Below, piece after piece: positions 39,378 through 49,451 of a stretch of DNA of 64,000 bases. The notes beneath the pieces are model-generated. The model was not told the origin of the DNA. It did no database searches and worked only from the letters and a program-made list of their open reading frames with translations. A program made the translations under genes and the position numbers. Source of the DNA: Candidatus Woesebacteria bacterium RIFCSPLOWO2_01_FULL_44_24b (GTDB taxonomy: Bacteria > Patescibacteriota > Microgenomatia > UBA8517); NCBI GenBank assembly GCA_001793235.1, contig MGHM01000017.1, forward strand, positions 2,971 through 66,970. The letters run 5' to 3'. Within the stretch, counting starts at the first letter, position 1. Every line of letters starts with the position of its first letter.

Positions 39378-40038
39378 GTATTATTATCCTGGTTCCCGGG
39401 TTTTCGGCACTGGCAAACACCGTATTTTTATCCGAGGGGAGCGCCGGGGCCACCCAATAGTAGAGCTTCTCGGCAACCGAAGTGGGAAGGTTCACACAGC
39501 CATGGCTTCGGGGAGTGCCGAAATCGTTGTGCCAATATGTGCCGTGGAGGCCATAGCCCCGCCAGCCGGGGACGTTTTCATTCTCAAAATACATTACATA
39601 AGGCACATTTGGCAGGTAATAGTAATATCTGCCCTCTCCGCCTTCCATTTTACTTGCCCTGAGTTTCACCCAAACACGAAACTCACCTGTGGGAGTTGGG
39701 GTACCCGGAAGCCCACTCGAAACCGCGGTTTCGAGAAACATGCTTCCCCCGTCCCAAGCGCGAAGTTTTTGCTCAGACAAGTCAACCTCAATCCAGCGAT
39801 CGTTGGGCGAGGCGGCAGCGAGAACTTGCGTACCCGTCCGGGCATATGCAATCTGCGGAGCAATCAAGGAGTTACCCTCAAATATGGCAGATATATCCTC
39901 CTGAGCAATCCCGGACAAGTTTTCTGCCACACAGCCCAAAACAGGGCTCGCTTCCTTCGCACTTCTAAACAAAACCCCGGTGCCAAACAAGACCACCAAA
40001 GGCACAGCCAACAGGAAAACTTTGAGTCTTGTGCTCAC
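39370..40038 (-). CDS. L,D-transpeptidase (YkuD family)
   Basis: WIEVDLSEQ, TPTG, LHGTYWH, SHGCVNL. Confidence 0.9.
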   Translation of the reverse strand: MSTRLKVFLLAVPLVVLFGTGVLFRSAKEASPVLGCVAENLSGIAQEDISAIFEGNSLIAPQIAYARTGTQVLAAASPNDRWIEVDLSEQKLRAWDGGSMFLETAVSSGLPGTPTPTGEFRVWVKLRASKMEGGEGRYYYYLPNVPYVMYFENENVPGWRGYGLHGTYWHNDFGTPRSHGCVNLPTSVAEKLYYWVAPALPSDKNTVFASAENPGTRIIIHD

Positions 40039-40086
40039 ACTTCATAGTATCAGAAAGTGTTACCTGAAGTGTATACTTAAAACCAG

Positions 40087-40461
40087 ATGAGCCGTTTTCA
40101 CTCAACCGCAAGAAGCTTCGGCTATGCCTTCACCGGCATCAAGACCGCCTTTAAGCAAGAACCAAATTTTCAAGCTCACATCTTAATTGCGGTTTTGGTA
40201 ATTAGCGCGGGCGTATTTAGCGGACTATCAACCTCGGATTGGCTGCTTCTTTTATATGCAATCTTTTTTGTGCTTATTTTAGAGCTTTTCAATACCTCAA
40301 TTGAAGCGATAGTAAACCTGGTCAGCCCGGATATTCACCCCAAGGCGAAAATTGCCAAAGACGTGGCTGCGGCAGCGGTACTCTTGGCCGCGATTCAAGC
40401 AATTATAATAGGTGCCGTGATATTTACAGGAAAAGTAGTGTTATTACTCCAACAACTATAA
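40087..40461 (+). CDS. dgkA: Diacylglycerol/undecaprenol kinase
   Basis: SFGYAFTG, EPNF, ELFNTSIE, AKDVAAAAV. Confidence 0.92.
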   Translation: MSRFHSTARSFGYAFTGIKTAFKQEPNFQAHILIAVLVISAGVFSGLSTSDWLLLLYAIFFVLILELFNTSIEAIVNLVSPDIHPKAKIAKDVAAAAVLLAAIQAIIIGAVIFTGKVVLLLQQL

Positions 40462-41161
40462 GGTAGTAGCCGAAGACCTTGAATTTGTTTTGCATGAGCA
40501 TTGAAAGAAGAAAGTGGATGGCAATAATGCCAGAGATAAAGGCGGCAATTAAGCCGACTAACCCAAGAAGCGGTGAAAAGTCCCCATTCCCGCCATGGCT
40601 AATAAACTCAACAACATTGGCCCCAATTATGGCCGGAATTGAAATGAGGAAAGAAAATTCGGCGGCCTTTTTTTTGTCCAAATTCATTCTGGTTCCCGCG
40701 TAAATCGTCGCCCCGGAGCGACTAATTGCGGGAATAATTGCTATTGCCTGAAAGACTCCGATAATGAGGGCATCCCAAAAATCAATATGTTCCTTTTTGC
40801 CATTATATTTATCCACTTTAAAATTCATGTATGCCGAGATCAGGAAAGTAATTCCGACCAGCTTGATGAGAGAAAACAGCGCCTCGAGCTGTTCACGTAA
40901 AAGCACCCCGGCCAACGCCGCAGGGATAGTTGCAACTACAATAAGCTTTATCTCCTGAAAAGAAATTTTTAGAATTCTATCTCGCAAATACCAAATCACA
41001 GCCAAGGTTGTGCCAATGTGAAGGATTGCCTCAAACAAGACCCCGGGTTGTTCGAATTTGAGGTATTCGCTCGCAAGCACCAAATGCCCAGAAGAGCTTA
41101 CCGGTAAAAACTCAGTAAGCCCTTGAACTATTCCCAGGATTATGGCGTAAATATATTCCAT
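40424..41161 (-). CDS. uppP: Undecaprenyl-diphosphate phosphatase
   Basis: GIVQGLTEFLPVSSSGH, ISRSGAT, AAEFSFL. Confidence 0.95.
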   Translation of the reverse strand: MEYIYAIILGIVQGLTEFLPVSSSGHLVLASEYLKFEQPGVLFEAILHIGTTLAVIWYLRDRILKISFQEIKLIVVATIPAALAGVLLREQLEALFSLIKLVGITFLISAYMNFKVDKYNGKKEHIDFWDALIIGVFQAIAIIPAISRSGATIYAGTRMNLDKKKAAEFSFLISIPAIIGANVVEFISHGGNGDFSPLLGLVGLIAAFISGIIAIHFLLSMLMQNKFKVFGYYLIVVGVITLLFL

Positions 41162-41802
41162 CAAGGTTTGATATCGTTTATTTCGACAGCATCTTTAATA
41201 TCATATTTTCCAATTTTAGTTCTTCTCAGTTCCTTCAGATAAGCCCCTGTGCCAAGCTCTGTTCCAATGTCGCGAGCAAGAGCTCGTATGTACGTCCCCG
41301 ATGAAACTTCACACTTTATTTTGAGTACTGGGTAGTTATAGTCTAGCAGTTTGAGAGTGTAAACAATAACCTTTCTTGGCGCCAATTCAAAAGTTTTACC
41401 TTGGCGGGCAAGCTCATAAGCCTTTCTGCCCTTAAGCTTTATTGCCGAATAAGCCGGTGGGGTTTGCATCTGCTCGCCAACAAAACTCTCCAAAGTTTTC
41501 TTAATCTCTTCATAACTTAATCTCTTGTCATCTTGTTTTGTTATCTCCCCTTCAGAGTCGTCCGTTGTAGAGTTAGCTCCAAGTATAATCTCCGCCTCGT
41601 AAGTCTTTTTTGTATTTTTAGTCAAGTCCCCAAGTTTTTTGGTTGCCTCTCTCCCAACACCAACTATTAATAAGCCGGTAGCGTTTGGGTCCAGGGTCCC
41701 CGCATGCCCCACTCGCCTCTCACCCGTAATTTTCCGAACAACGTCCACCACATCGTGGCTGGTCATCCCTTTTGGTTTATTGACTAAAATTAGGCTATCC
41801 AT
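41161..41802 (-). CDS. truB: tRNA pseudouridine(55) synthase
   Basis: KPKGMTSHD, GHAGTLDP, PPAYSA, SSGTYIR. Confidence 0.96.
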   Translation of the reverse strand: MDSLILVNKPKGMTSHDVVDVVRKITGERRVGHAGTLDPNATGLLIVGVGREATKKLGDLTKNTKKTYEAEIILGANSTTDDSEGEITKQDDKRLSYEEIKKTLESFVGEQMQTPPAYSAIKLKGRKAYELARQGKTFELAPRKVIVYTLKLLDYNYPVLKIKCEVSSGTYIRALARDIGTELGTGAYLKELRRTKIGKYDIKDAVEINDIKP

Positions 41803-41816
41803 GCTAATATATTAGT

Positions 41817-42212
41817 ATGGACTCAACCGAAATTATACTCCAGGCCTTGGACAGCATGATTTTACAGTTTGCTTCGCTTCTTCCCAAGCTCATAGTGGCG
41901 CTTCTTATTTGGTATGTGGGCAAATACTTGCTCGGGCTGGCTCTCGTCTTCGTCAAGAAAATTGACCTTAAGAAAACCCAAGTTGATGAGGAAGCTATGG
42001 GGATGATAACAACTCTGGTAGACATCATCGGCAGAGTTGTTTTGGCTTTGGTTGTTCTGGATTACCTGGGAATTGGCCGCACAATAATAGGGGCGCTCAC
42101 GCAGGGAGTGACTTTTGCAATTGCAATTGCGCTGGGTTTGGCATTCGGTAAGGCACTCGAAGACGACGCTAGAAAGGTAGTTGAAAGTGTTAAGAGGTTA
42201 TTTAAGGAGTAG
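41817..42212 (+). CDS. Membrane protein, MscS/CmpX TM-helix type
   Basis: LPKLIVALLI...G; AIALGLAFG. Confidence 0.75.
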   Translation: MDSTEIILQALDSMILQFASLLPKLIVALLIWYVGKYLLGLALVFVKKIDLKKTQVDEEAMGMITTLVDIIGRVVLALVVLDYLGIGRTIIGALTQGVTFAIAIALGLAFGKALEDDARKVVESVKRLFKE

Positions 42213-42803
42213 TTTGTTTGCTTCTTCCCAATTAACTACATTCCAAAAGGCTTCAATATACTCAACTCTTCGGTTCTGGTACTTGAGATAATATGCGTGT
42301 TCCCAAACGTCCAGTCCTAAGATTGGCATATTTCCTTGCATTAGCGGAGAGTTTTGAAATGAGTGTCTTTTTAGCTGTAACTTGCCGTCTGGAGTTTTAA
42401 TCAAAAATGCCCAGCCGCTGCCGAAAACAGCCATGGCCTTATTCGAAAATTCCTCACGGAATTTTTGGAAGTCGCCAAAAGTCTTATTAATGGCATCGGC
42501 TAGCTCGCCTTTCGGCTTGCCTCCACCTTTGGGAGACATAATAGTCCAGAAAAAAGAATGGTTGGCATGGCCCCCACCGTGATTAATTACGACTTGACGA
42601 ATATCTTCAGGGACATCGTGAATATTTTTCAATAACTCTTCTATAGATTTTTTTTGGAGTTCGGGGTACTTCTCCAAAGCCTTATTCAGGTTATCAACAT
42701 AGGCCTGGTGGTGCTTTTCGTGGTGCAGGTGCATTGTAGCCTCATCAATATAAGGCTCCAGGGCATCATAAGAATAAGAAAGTTTTGGTAACTGGAAACT
42801 CAC
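42198..42803 (-). CDS. sodA: Superoxide dismutase (Mn/Fe)
   Basis: HHEKHH, NHGGGHANH, FGSGW, DVWEHAYY. Confidence 0.95.
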   Translation of the reverse strand: MSFQLPKLSYSYDALEPYIDEATMHLHHEKHHQAYVDNLNKALEKYPELQKKSIEELLKNIHDVPEDIRQVVINHGGGHANHSFFWTIMSPKGGGKPKGELADAINKTFGDFQKFREEFSNKAMAVFGSGWAFLIKTPDGKLQLKRHSFQNSPLMQGNMPILGLDVWEHAYYLKYQNRRVEYIEAFWNVVNWEEANKLLLK

Positions 42804-42821
42804 AAGTATAATTATAGCGTA

Positions 42822-44492
42822 GTGGTCAAACTAATAATAACGCTGCTTGTGACAAGTGCCCTTATACTTGGAGTGGCTACAAACACTTTTGCCCAGGAGC
42901 CAAACAACAAGTTCGGCATTCATATTATCGCCGAGAATGACTTGCCTGAAGCTGCTGCTTTGGTCAATAGTAGCGGCGGCCAGTGGGGTTATGTGACTTT
43001 GGTCATTCGCGAGGACGAGCGCGATGCCGTGCGCTGGCAGCGAGTGTTTGACCAAATGCGCCGCTTAAAACTCATTCCAATAGTTCGCGTTGCAACCAGG
43101 ATGAATAATTCGCATTGGGAGAAACCTGTGGCAGAGGAAGCAGTAAACTGGGCGGGTTTCCTAAACTCGCTCAACTGGCCGGTCAAAACCCGCTATGTAG
43201 TTTTGTTCAACGAGCCAAACCACGCCAAAGAATGGGGTGGTAGTATTGACCCCGCTGCTTTTGCCGAAATCACAAAAACTTACTATGACACTTTCAAAAA
43301 CTTCTCCAAAGACTTTTTTATTATGCCGGGCGGCTTAGACCTAGCAGCCACAAATTCCGAAAGTACCATGGAGGCCTCGCGTTTCTTTGATGCAATGCAC
43401 ACGGCCGATAACTTCATATTTACCCTCTTTGACGGGCTCGCCTCGCATTCCTACCCAAACCCGGGCTTTTCGGGCTCGCCAACCGACTCCGGCAAAACAA
43501 GTATTAAAGGCTATAAGTGGGAAATAAATTATCTAAAAGACTTTGGCATGCGGGAGGACATTCCGGTTTTTATCACCGAAACGGGCTGGGTGAAAAGTGC
43601 CGGAAACCTGGAAGAAAATTATGAACGTGCATTTAAAGAGACCTGGAGTGACCCGCAAATTGTCGCGGTCACACCGTTTTTGTTGAGTTACCTGGCAACG
43701 CCCTTTGATACTTTTTCCTGGAAAAATCCGGAGACCCGGGAATTTTACCCCCAATACTATTCGGTGCAAAGCATTACCAAGGAAAAAGGCGCGCCAGTCC
43801 AGACGCATTCTTTTGAATTTCAGAGCCATAACATTGCCGATACCCTGATAAGCGACTCTGAATACTCATTTTCAATAAACCTCAAAAATACGGGCCAATC
43901 AATTTGGAGTGCTGAAGATGATTTCTTCGTTCACATTGAGGGCACCATGGATAATAAAAATATGGTTGTTGGCAAAGTTCCGACAACCGAGCCCGGGGCC
44001 CTGGCTGAAATACCAATTAGACTTGTGACTTCGGAGCCAAGGGGGATTCACTCAATTAGCCTTTCTTTTTTCAAAGACGGCAATAAAATCGGCGACACCA
44101 CAACCACCAAATTCACTCTCATCTCTCCGCCCTCGATAAATATCTTTGCCAGGTTTTTGTTCGACGATACCCACGACATCTCAGTTGAAATGTACGATGG
44201 AATGACCAGGGTGACTAAATTCCAGAATTTATCTTTCATAGACGGAGTGCTTTCAATCGAGCAAATAAAAGGTGTTATACCAAACCGCGATTACCGGTTT
44301 GTGCTGACAAAGCCTTTTTACCTTTCAAAAAGCCGCGAGGCAAAGCTTCTGGTGGGAACGACCAACATACACTTTGGGATTTTACTTCCCCTGGATGTGA
44401 GCCCTGACGGCGAGCTGAACCTCAAAGATTTGGCCGCATTCTCCGTAAATCCATTTAATGCTATTATGAATATAATTGCTCATGGCCCTTAA
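42822..44492 (+). CDS. Secreted clan GH-A-like glycoside hydrolase with Ig-like C-terminal domains
   Basis: Signal peptide, FNEPN, HSYP, ITETGW. Confidence 0.75.
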   Translation: MVKLIITLLVTSALILGVATNTFAQEPNNKFGIHIIAENDLPEAAALVNSSGGQWGYVTLVIREDERDAVRWQRVFDQMRRLKLIPIVRVATRMNNSHWEKPVAEEAVNWAGFLNSLNWPVKTRYVVLFNEPNHAKEWGGSIDPAAFAEITKTYYDTFKNFSKDFFIMPGGLDLAATNSESTMEASRFFDAMHTADNFIFTLFDGLASHSYPNPGFSGSPTDSGKTSIKGYKWEINYLKDFGMREDIPVFITETGWVKSAGNLEENYERAFKETWSDPQIVAVTPFLLSYLATPFDTFSWKNPETREFYPQYYSVQSITKEKGAPVQTHSFEFQSHNIADTLISDSEYSFSINLKNTGQSIWSAEDDFFVHIEGTMDNKNMVVGKVPTTEPGALAEIPIRLVTSEPRGIHSISLSFFKDGNKIGDTTTTKFTLISPPSINIFARFLFDDTHDISVEMYDGMTRVTKFQNLSFIDGVLSIEQIKGVIPNRDYRFVLTKPFYLSKSREAKLLVGTTNIHFGILLPLDVSPDGELNLKDLAAFSVNPFNAIMNIIAHGP

Positions 44493-45681
44493 GCTAAAAA
44501 TTAAAAGGCCCAAACCACTTCTACTAATTGCCGGGGTTGCTCTCTTCGCACTAATCTCTTATTTAGCCGTAAACTTTAGCCAAACCAGAAACCAGATATC
44601 CATGCTTCAGGTGCTTTCTATGGAGCTTGGTGCGGAAAATGAAGAGCTTAAAAAACAGCTTGCCGAAAACCTCATGAAATTGTCTGAGCTTGAGCAGGAA
44701 GATCAATATCAAATCAATCTGGAGTTGAAAAAGAAAATCGCAAGCATTGAGAGCACTTATAAAGAGGCAGTTAACACTTACGAAGAGTTATTGAAATTAA
44801 AAGAAAATACAAATAATACATCTGTCTTTGATGATCAATTCACTGAGGCGATAGTTTCTCTGGCTGCCCAGAACTATGAAGAGGCGGACAAGTCCTTGAC
44901 GGAGTTGTCCGTTAAAATCGCGGCGGAACAGCAAAAAGTTGTTGCCAGCTTCACAATTCCCTCTTCCGTTCCGGTAAGTAATGCCCCACCGGGCTCGGGT
45001 TATTCCAGGCAAACCGTTAATACCGACATCGGCCAGTATTTGGTAAGCATGGTCGCGGGGGAGCTTGGCAGTACTCGAGTGATAGTTGACACCGCGTCGG
45101 CAAGTACTTGCACAAACGACTGCCCCACCTTGCCTCTGGCTACTTATGTTGCGCGTACTGGAGCTTATGCCGGGATAAACGGCAGCTACTTCTGCCCCGC
45201 GGAATACCCCAGCTGTGCGGGCAAAACAAACAGCTTTGATACTCTTTTGATGAACAAAGATAAAACCTATTTCAATTCGGACAATAATGTTTATAGCGGT
45301 GTGCCGGCGGTTATTTTTGGCGGAGGCTATATCCGCTTTGTCGGGGCGTCCTCAGACTGGGGCCGCGATACCGGCATTGACAGTATGATTGCAAACCAAC
45401 CGCTTTTGGTCTCGGGCGGGAATGTGGTTTTTGGTGGCGATGGAGACCCTAAAAAAGGCAGTAAAGGTGGGAGAAGCTTTGTAGCAAACAAAGGCAACAC
45501 CGTTTACATTGGCGTGGTACATAGCGCAACAGTTGCGGAAAGTGCGGTAGCTCTCAAAGCCCTGGGAATGGAGAATGCGTTAAACCTTGATGACGGCGGC
45601 TCAACAGCGCTTTGGTCAGGTGGCTACAAAGTCGGTCCCGGAAGAAACCTGCCAAATGTTATTTTGTTTATGGGGAAATAG
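44482..45681 (+). CDS. Coiled coil + phosphodiester glycosidase (NAGPA-like) domain protein
   Basis: GINGSYF, ALNLDDGGST, GRNLPN. Confidence 0.82.
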   Translation: MALKLKIKRPKPLLLIAGVALFALISYLAVNFSQTRNQISMLQVLSMELGAENEELKKQLAENLMKLSELEQEDQYQINLELKKKIASIESTYKEAVNTYEELLKLKENTNNTSVFDDQFTEAIVSLAAQNYEEADKSLTELSVKIAAEQQKVVASFTIPSSVPVSNAPPGSGYSRQTVNTDIGQYLVSMVAGELGSTRVIVDTASASTCTNDCPTLPLATYVARTGAYAGINGSYFCPAEYPSCAGKTNSFDTLLMNKDKTYFNSDNNVYSGVPAVIFGGGYIRFVGASSDWGRDTGIDSMIANQPLLVSGGNVVFGGDGDPKKGSKGGRSFVANKGNTVYIGVVHSATVAESAVALKALGMENALNLDDGGSTALWSGGYKVGPGRNLPNVILFMGK

Positions 45682-45731
45682 TCAATTCTTCTTGACTAGA
45701 TTTTAATGGTTTTACACTTTAGAATGCAACA

Positions 45732-46442
45732 ATGAAACAACTTCATGAGATTCAGTTGCAAATTTTAAAGAAACTGCTCTTTGCTAACGGTTTAAAGTTC
45801 TCAGAACTAAAACCCGATAACGAGATGGAAAATAATCAATTCACCTTTCATCTAGATCAGATGATTGCTATGGGGCACATTGCAAAAACCGAACATAAGT
45901 ACTTCTTAACCCAAAAGGGTAAAGAGTTTGCAAATCGCATGGATACGAATAAAACAGCAATTCCATTGCAAGCCAAGATTAGTGTGATAATTATTCCAAT
46001 GAAAGGCAAGCCAAAAAATCGCGTGTTTCTGATTTATACAAGGCTTAAACAGCCTTTTTATGGCTGTCAAGGTTTTATGTCCGGCAAAGTTAATTTTGGG
46101 GAAAAGGTTATCGACGCTGCCAAGCGGGAGTTCAAAGAAGAAACCAACTTAGATGGCAGGGCTCAAATTGTGGCATTAAAGCACTACAGAGTATTTGATA
46201 AAAAAACAAAAGAACTTCTGGAGGACAAATTCATGTTTTACTGCAAAGTTGAAAATCCGCGTGGAGATTTAGTTCCGGCTGATGAAGGCAAGTATGGCTG
46301 GGTGAACAGAAAAGACTTAAAAAAATATGTTACCAATCATTTTGAAAGTTTTGATGTTCTATTAGAAGATATAAAACTGGCAGAATCCTTTGATGGGCAT
46401 GTTAAGTTTATTGAAATTGATCACTTTAGCATTAAATTTTAG
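45732..46442 (+). CDS. Winged-HTH + NUDIX hydrolase protein
   Basis: N-terminal FSEL...FTFHL...YFLTQKG; Nudix box GKVNFGEKVIDAAKREFKEETNL. Confidence 0.85.
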   Translation: MKQLHEIQLQILKKLLFANGLKFSELKPDNEMENNQFTFHLDQMIAMGHIAKTEHKYFLTQKGKEFANRMDTNKTAIPLQAKISVIIIPMKGKPKNRVFLIYTRLKQPFYGCQGFMSGKVNFGEKVIDAAKREFKEETNLDGRAQIVALKHYRVFDKKTKELLEDKFMFYCKVENPRGDLVPADEGKYGWVNRKDLKKYVTNHFESFDVLLEDIKLAESFDGHVKFIEIDHFSIKF

Positions 46443-46447
46443 AAGTA

Positions 46448-47110
46448 TCAGTACTCCACGAAGTAGTTGATGTCGGCGTTTTGCTTCACTTCTGCAATCC
46501 AAGTGGAATACTGTGTTGAGAGCTCCTGCTGAAGAAGCTCCTCACGCGCCAGCTTCTTAAGCCCCTCTTCATCAAGATTTGTAGGCAAATACGCCTTGTT
46601 AGTTTCTATAAACTCGGCTATTTTCTCGTCAGTAATGGTAACTTTTCCCTCCAGAAGCTTTTCAACATAAAGCTGAACCTTTATCTGGTCCCGGAAATCC
46701 GCCTGGCTGATGCCTTGGGTTGCAAGTAAAGCGTCAATATCTTGACCTTGGGCGCTCATCTGCTCTTTAAGTGCACTTACTTTTGCATCAATGTCTGCAT
46801 CAGTAACCGTTATATTTGCTTTTCTGGCCTCCTGAGAGACGAGCATCTCGCTAATGAGGTTGTCCAAAACTTGTTTACCCCCCTGCTTTTCCAACTCCCT
46901 GACAACAGAGACTCTGGAGAGTGGATAACCATTAACAGTAGCTGCTACAAAAAGATCTTTTGAAGAAAATAAAACATAAGCAAGAGCCAAAACCACAACA
47001 AAGATAAAAAGCCTCTTGCGCATGCCCATCGATGCCTTCACTGAAGCCACTGGCTTTTTTTCAACTTTATTATTAACTTTACTAACTTTTTTTACTACTT
47101 TAGCCGCCAT
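46448..47110 (-). CDS. SurA/PrsA N-terminal-domain foldase
   Basis: TM anchor, AATVNG, LDNLI.E.L..QEA, WIAEVK. Confidence 0.8.
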   Translation of the reverse strand: MAAKVVKKVSKVNNKVEKKPVASVKASMGMRKRLFIFVVVLALAYVLFSSKDLFVAATVNGYPLSRVSVVRELEKQGGKQVLDNLISEMLVSQEARKANITVTDADIDAKVSALKEQMSAQGQDIDALLATQGISQADFRDQIKVQLYVEKLLEGKVTITDEKIAEFIETNKAYLPTNLDEEGLKKLAREELLQQELSTQYSTWIAEVKQNADINYFVEY

Positions 47111-47129
47111 GGTTTAGAGTATAACACAG

Positions 47130-47321
47130 TTACTTCTTTTTTTTCTTGCTTCTCCCGTAGTGATGAGCTAGTGCAATCGCAAGCCCCAATGGAATTGCCA
47201 AAATAAGGCTTTTTACAAACATCAAAAACAAGACTGTAAACGCAGAACCCAAGGCAACACTTTCCGTAGTCGGGTCCAGTTCGCGATTAAGAAATCCTTT
47301 CTTTTTTGCTGCCACAAACAT
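47130..47321 (-). CDS. Small membrane protein, hypothetical
   Basis: Short ORF with TM segments; preceded by GGAGG. Confidence 0.55.
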   Translation of the reverse strand: MFVAAKKKGFLNRELDPTTESVALGSAFTVLFLMFVKSLILAIPLGLAIALAHHYGRSKKKKK

Positions 47322-47932
47322 CACCTCCTTGCTAAGAATAAGACGCAAAGAATGCCCGCGTCAATAGCAATTACCGGAAGTAAATATAAACCCGCAATCT
47401 TAAGCACCTCAACATCAGCGTCGAAATAAACTCTTAGCCCCAAGAGATATAAAATTACACCGATTACCAAGCTAAATATAATTACCTTCCACGCACCTTC
47501 CATGTCTTTTTTACTTGAAAACATGGTGTTGCCCACAACAAAAATAAAGTAAGACAGAAAGGCAACGACTCGCCAATCACTGGTTAATTCATGAGTAACA
47601 ACTAAATACACAATCCCTATTATTAAGAAAAGGCCAACAATTACGGGTGCCGCGCCAATAATTAATCTTTTGACGATATTGGTTTTTTCAATGGCAACAC
47701 TCCCGAGAACAATCTCGGTTTCTCTCTTTTCAGGCCTGAGAGAGAATTTTCCAACCCGCACGAACAATAATTTTGCAGCTATATAATGCGACAACTCATG
47801 TAAAAACGTCCCCGGTAAAAATAATAGTATGTAAACCGGAGTTGGTAAAAGCCCGAAAAAGCGTGAGTTTACGGCACGGGCCAGCCTCCAAAGAAGAATT
47901 ATTTCAAGGGCAAAAAGTAAAAAGTAGGGCAC
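47321..47932 (-). CDS. Membrane zinc metalloprotease-like protein (M50-type HExxH)
   Basis: PGTFLHELSH, IGAAP, FSSKKD. Confidence 0.7.
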   Translation of the reverse strand: MPYFLLFALEIILLWRLARAVNSRFFGLLPTPVYILLFLPGTFLHELSHYIAAKLLFVRVGKFSLRPEKRETEIVLGSVAIEKTNIVKRLIIGAAPVIVGLFLIIGIVYLVVTHELTSDWRVVAFLSYFIFVVGNTMFSSKKDMEGAWKVIIFSLVIGVILYLLGLRVYFDADVEVLKIAGLYLLPVIAIDAGILCVLFLARR

Positions 47933-47935
47933 TAC

Positions 47936-48856
47936 CTATGATACAACTTTCTCAATTGCAGGGGCCATTTGCTTTTTTCTGGAAACCACTCCGGGGAGTT
48001 TCATATAATCGCCCTCGAAATCTTTACCAAAAGCCTTCTTGGCCACTTCCCTCGCGTTAGCGTTAGAGACCAGAAGTTCCGAACTGGTTTCCAAAATGTT
48101 GACGATAAAGAAAAATATTTCATGGAGCTTTTCCTCTGACTTAAGCGCTTCCATTTCTTTTGTGATTTCTGCGCTTAATCTTTTGGCATTTTCAGGTTTT
48201 GTAGTTTCTACCCCTGATATTCTCACCTTCTTACCTCCAAAGTCGAAAACTTTACTGTCAACGTATAGAATATCTCGCGCAGTCATGCCGGTTAAGTCAC
48301 TTTTTGCAGCAAACATGCCGTCTGCATGTTTATCAATATCAAGTCCTGCAATCTTGGTCAGCTCCTCTGCGGCTTTTTTATCTTCTTCAGTGGTCGTTGG
48401 GCTTGTGAACTTTAAAGTGTCGGACAAAATTGCAGACAACATTAAAGTCGTAATTTCCTTGGCAGGAGCGATATTATCTCTTTGCATCAGCTGGAAAACC
48501 AAAGTCGAGGAGCAGCCCACCGGCTTCATATAAACTTCCAAGGGCGATTCAGTAGTAAGCCCGGCCAGTTTATGATGATCAACTATGGTCTTGATTACGG
48601 CTTCACCGATATTGTTTGGAAGCTCCTCCGGGTTGTTTGTGTCCACCACAACCACCTCATCTCCCACAGAAAGCTTGTCCAGTAGTTTGGGAGCTTGAAC
48701 TTTTGCAGCATTTAAAACAAATTTGGTCTCACGATTAAGTTCCCCCAAAACAAAAGCCTCGGCGTCTTCACCTTTTTGCTTCAAAAACCAAGCATAAGCC
48801 ATGGGGGCACAAGTTGCATCGGTATCTGGGGATTTGTGGCCAAAGACCTTGATCAT
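47936..48856 (-). CDS. ppaC: Manganese-dependent inorganic pyrophosphatase
   Basis: GHKSPDTD, VDHH, ILSDTL, VVSRKKQ. Confidence 0.95.
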   Translation of the reverse strand: MIKVFGHKSPDTDATCAPMAYAWFLKQKGEDAEAFVLGELNRETKFVLNAAKVQAPKLLDKLSVGDEVVVVDTNNPEELPNNIGEAVIKTIVDHHKLAGLTTESPLEVYMKPVGCSSTLVFQLMQRDNIAPAKEITTLMLSAILSDTLKFTSPTTTEEDKKAAEELTKIAGLDIDKHADGMFAAKSDLTGMTARDILYVDSKVFDFGGKKVRISGVETTKPENAKRLSAEITKEMEALKSEEKLHEIFFFIVNILETSSELLVSNANAREVAKKAFGKDFEGDYMKLPGVVSRKKQMAPAIEKVVS

Positions 48857-48881
48857 ATGGGGTTTATTCTACTACAAAACA

Positions 48882-49121
48882 CTACTTATTTGTACAGTTG
48901 GTTGTGACATCTCTACTTTTGAGAATAAAATGCGCTCTCCAATCCCCACCAAAAGCAATAGACCGATATCCTTTCCATCTCCCAGTTAGAGGATGGTTGT
49001 AAAGAATGGGGTGATATGGTTGCTTCACAAACACTGCCAGTGCGGCTGCAAATCTTCTTTTTTGAGTCGATGGCAATTTTTTGTGCTGTTTTTTAAATTT
49101 GGGGTGATACTCCAAAATCAT
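48882..49121 (-). pseudogene. YafQ/RelE-family toxin with a frameshifted C-terminus
   Basis: LYNHPLTG..KGYRSI..GGDWR; the expected terminal HNQLYK* lies in another frame (48906-48886). Confidence 0.7.
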
Positions 49122-49125
49122 GAAG

Positions 49126-49401
49126 TTATTCCTCAAGCGAAGCTAACATTTCCTCGGCAGTATCAAATGGCCCTACAATGTTGCGCCCTGCCTTAATATC
49201 CCTCTCAACTTCTTTCATAATCTTTTCCAAATAGGGAGTGGGCGTGAGTGGAGATTCTAAAACCACACGGCGGCTACGAACCGCCTGTTTCAGCACAACT
49301 GTCGCAAAGGCACTCACAGAAAGCCCCACAGAGGCTGCAAAATCAGCGATTTCTTTCTTTGTTTTTTTATCTGTTCTAATACTTAGAAGTGCAGTATTCA
49401 T
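49126..49401 (-). CDS. RelB/DinJ-like antitoxin
   Basis: RHH-like LSIRTD..TK......GLSVSA; C-terminal GPFDTAEEMLASL. Confidence 0.82.
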   Translation of the reverse strand: MNTALLSIRTDKKTKKEIADFAASVGLSVSAFATVVLKQAVRSRRVVLESPLTPTPYLEKIMKEVERDIKAGRNIVGPFDTAEEMLASLEE

Positions 49402-49451
49402 TATGATGACATTGTATAACATTTGTCATCATTTTGTCAACAAAGTAATAA

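Noticed and set aside
39343..40047. 234 aa + strand ORF and many other short antisense ORFs in the track
   Set aside because: They are shadows of well-supported genes on the opposite strand and have no recognisable motifs
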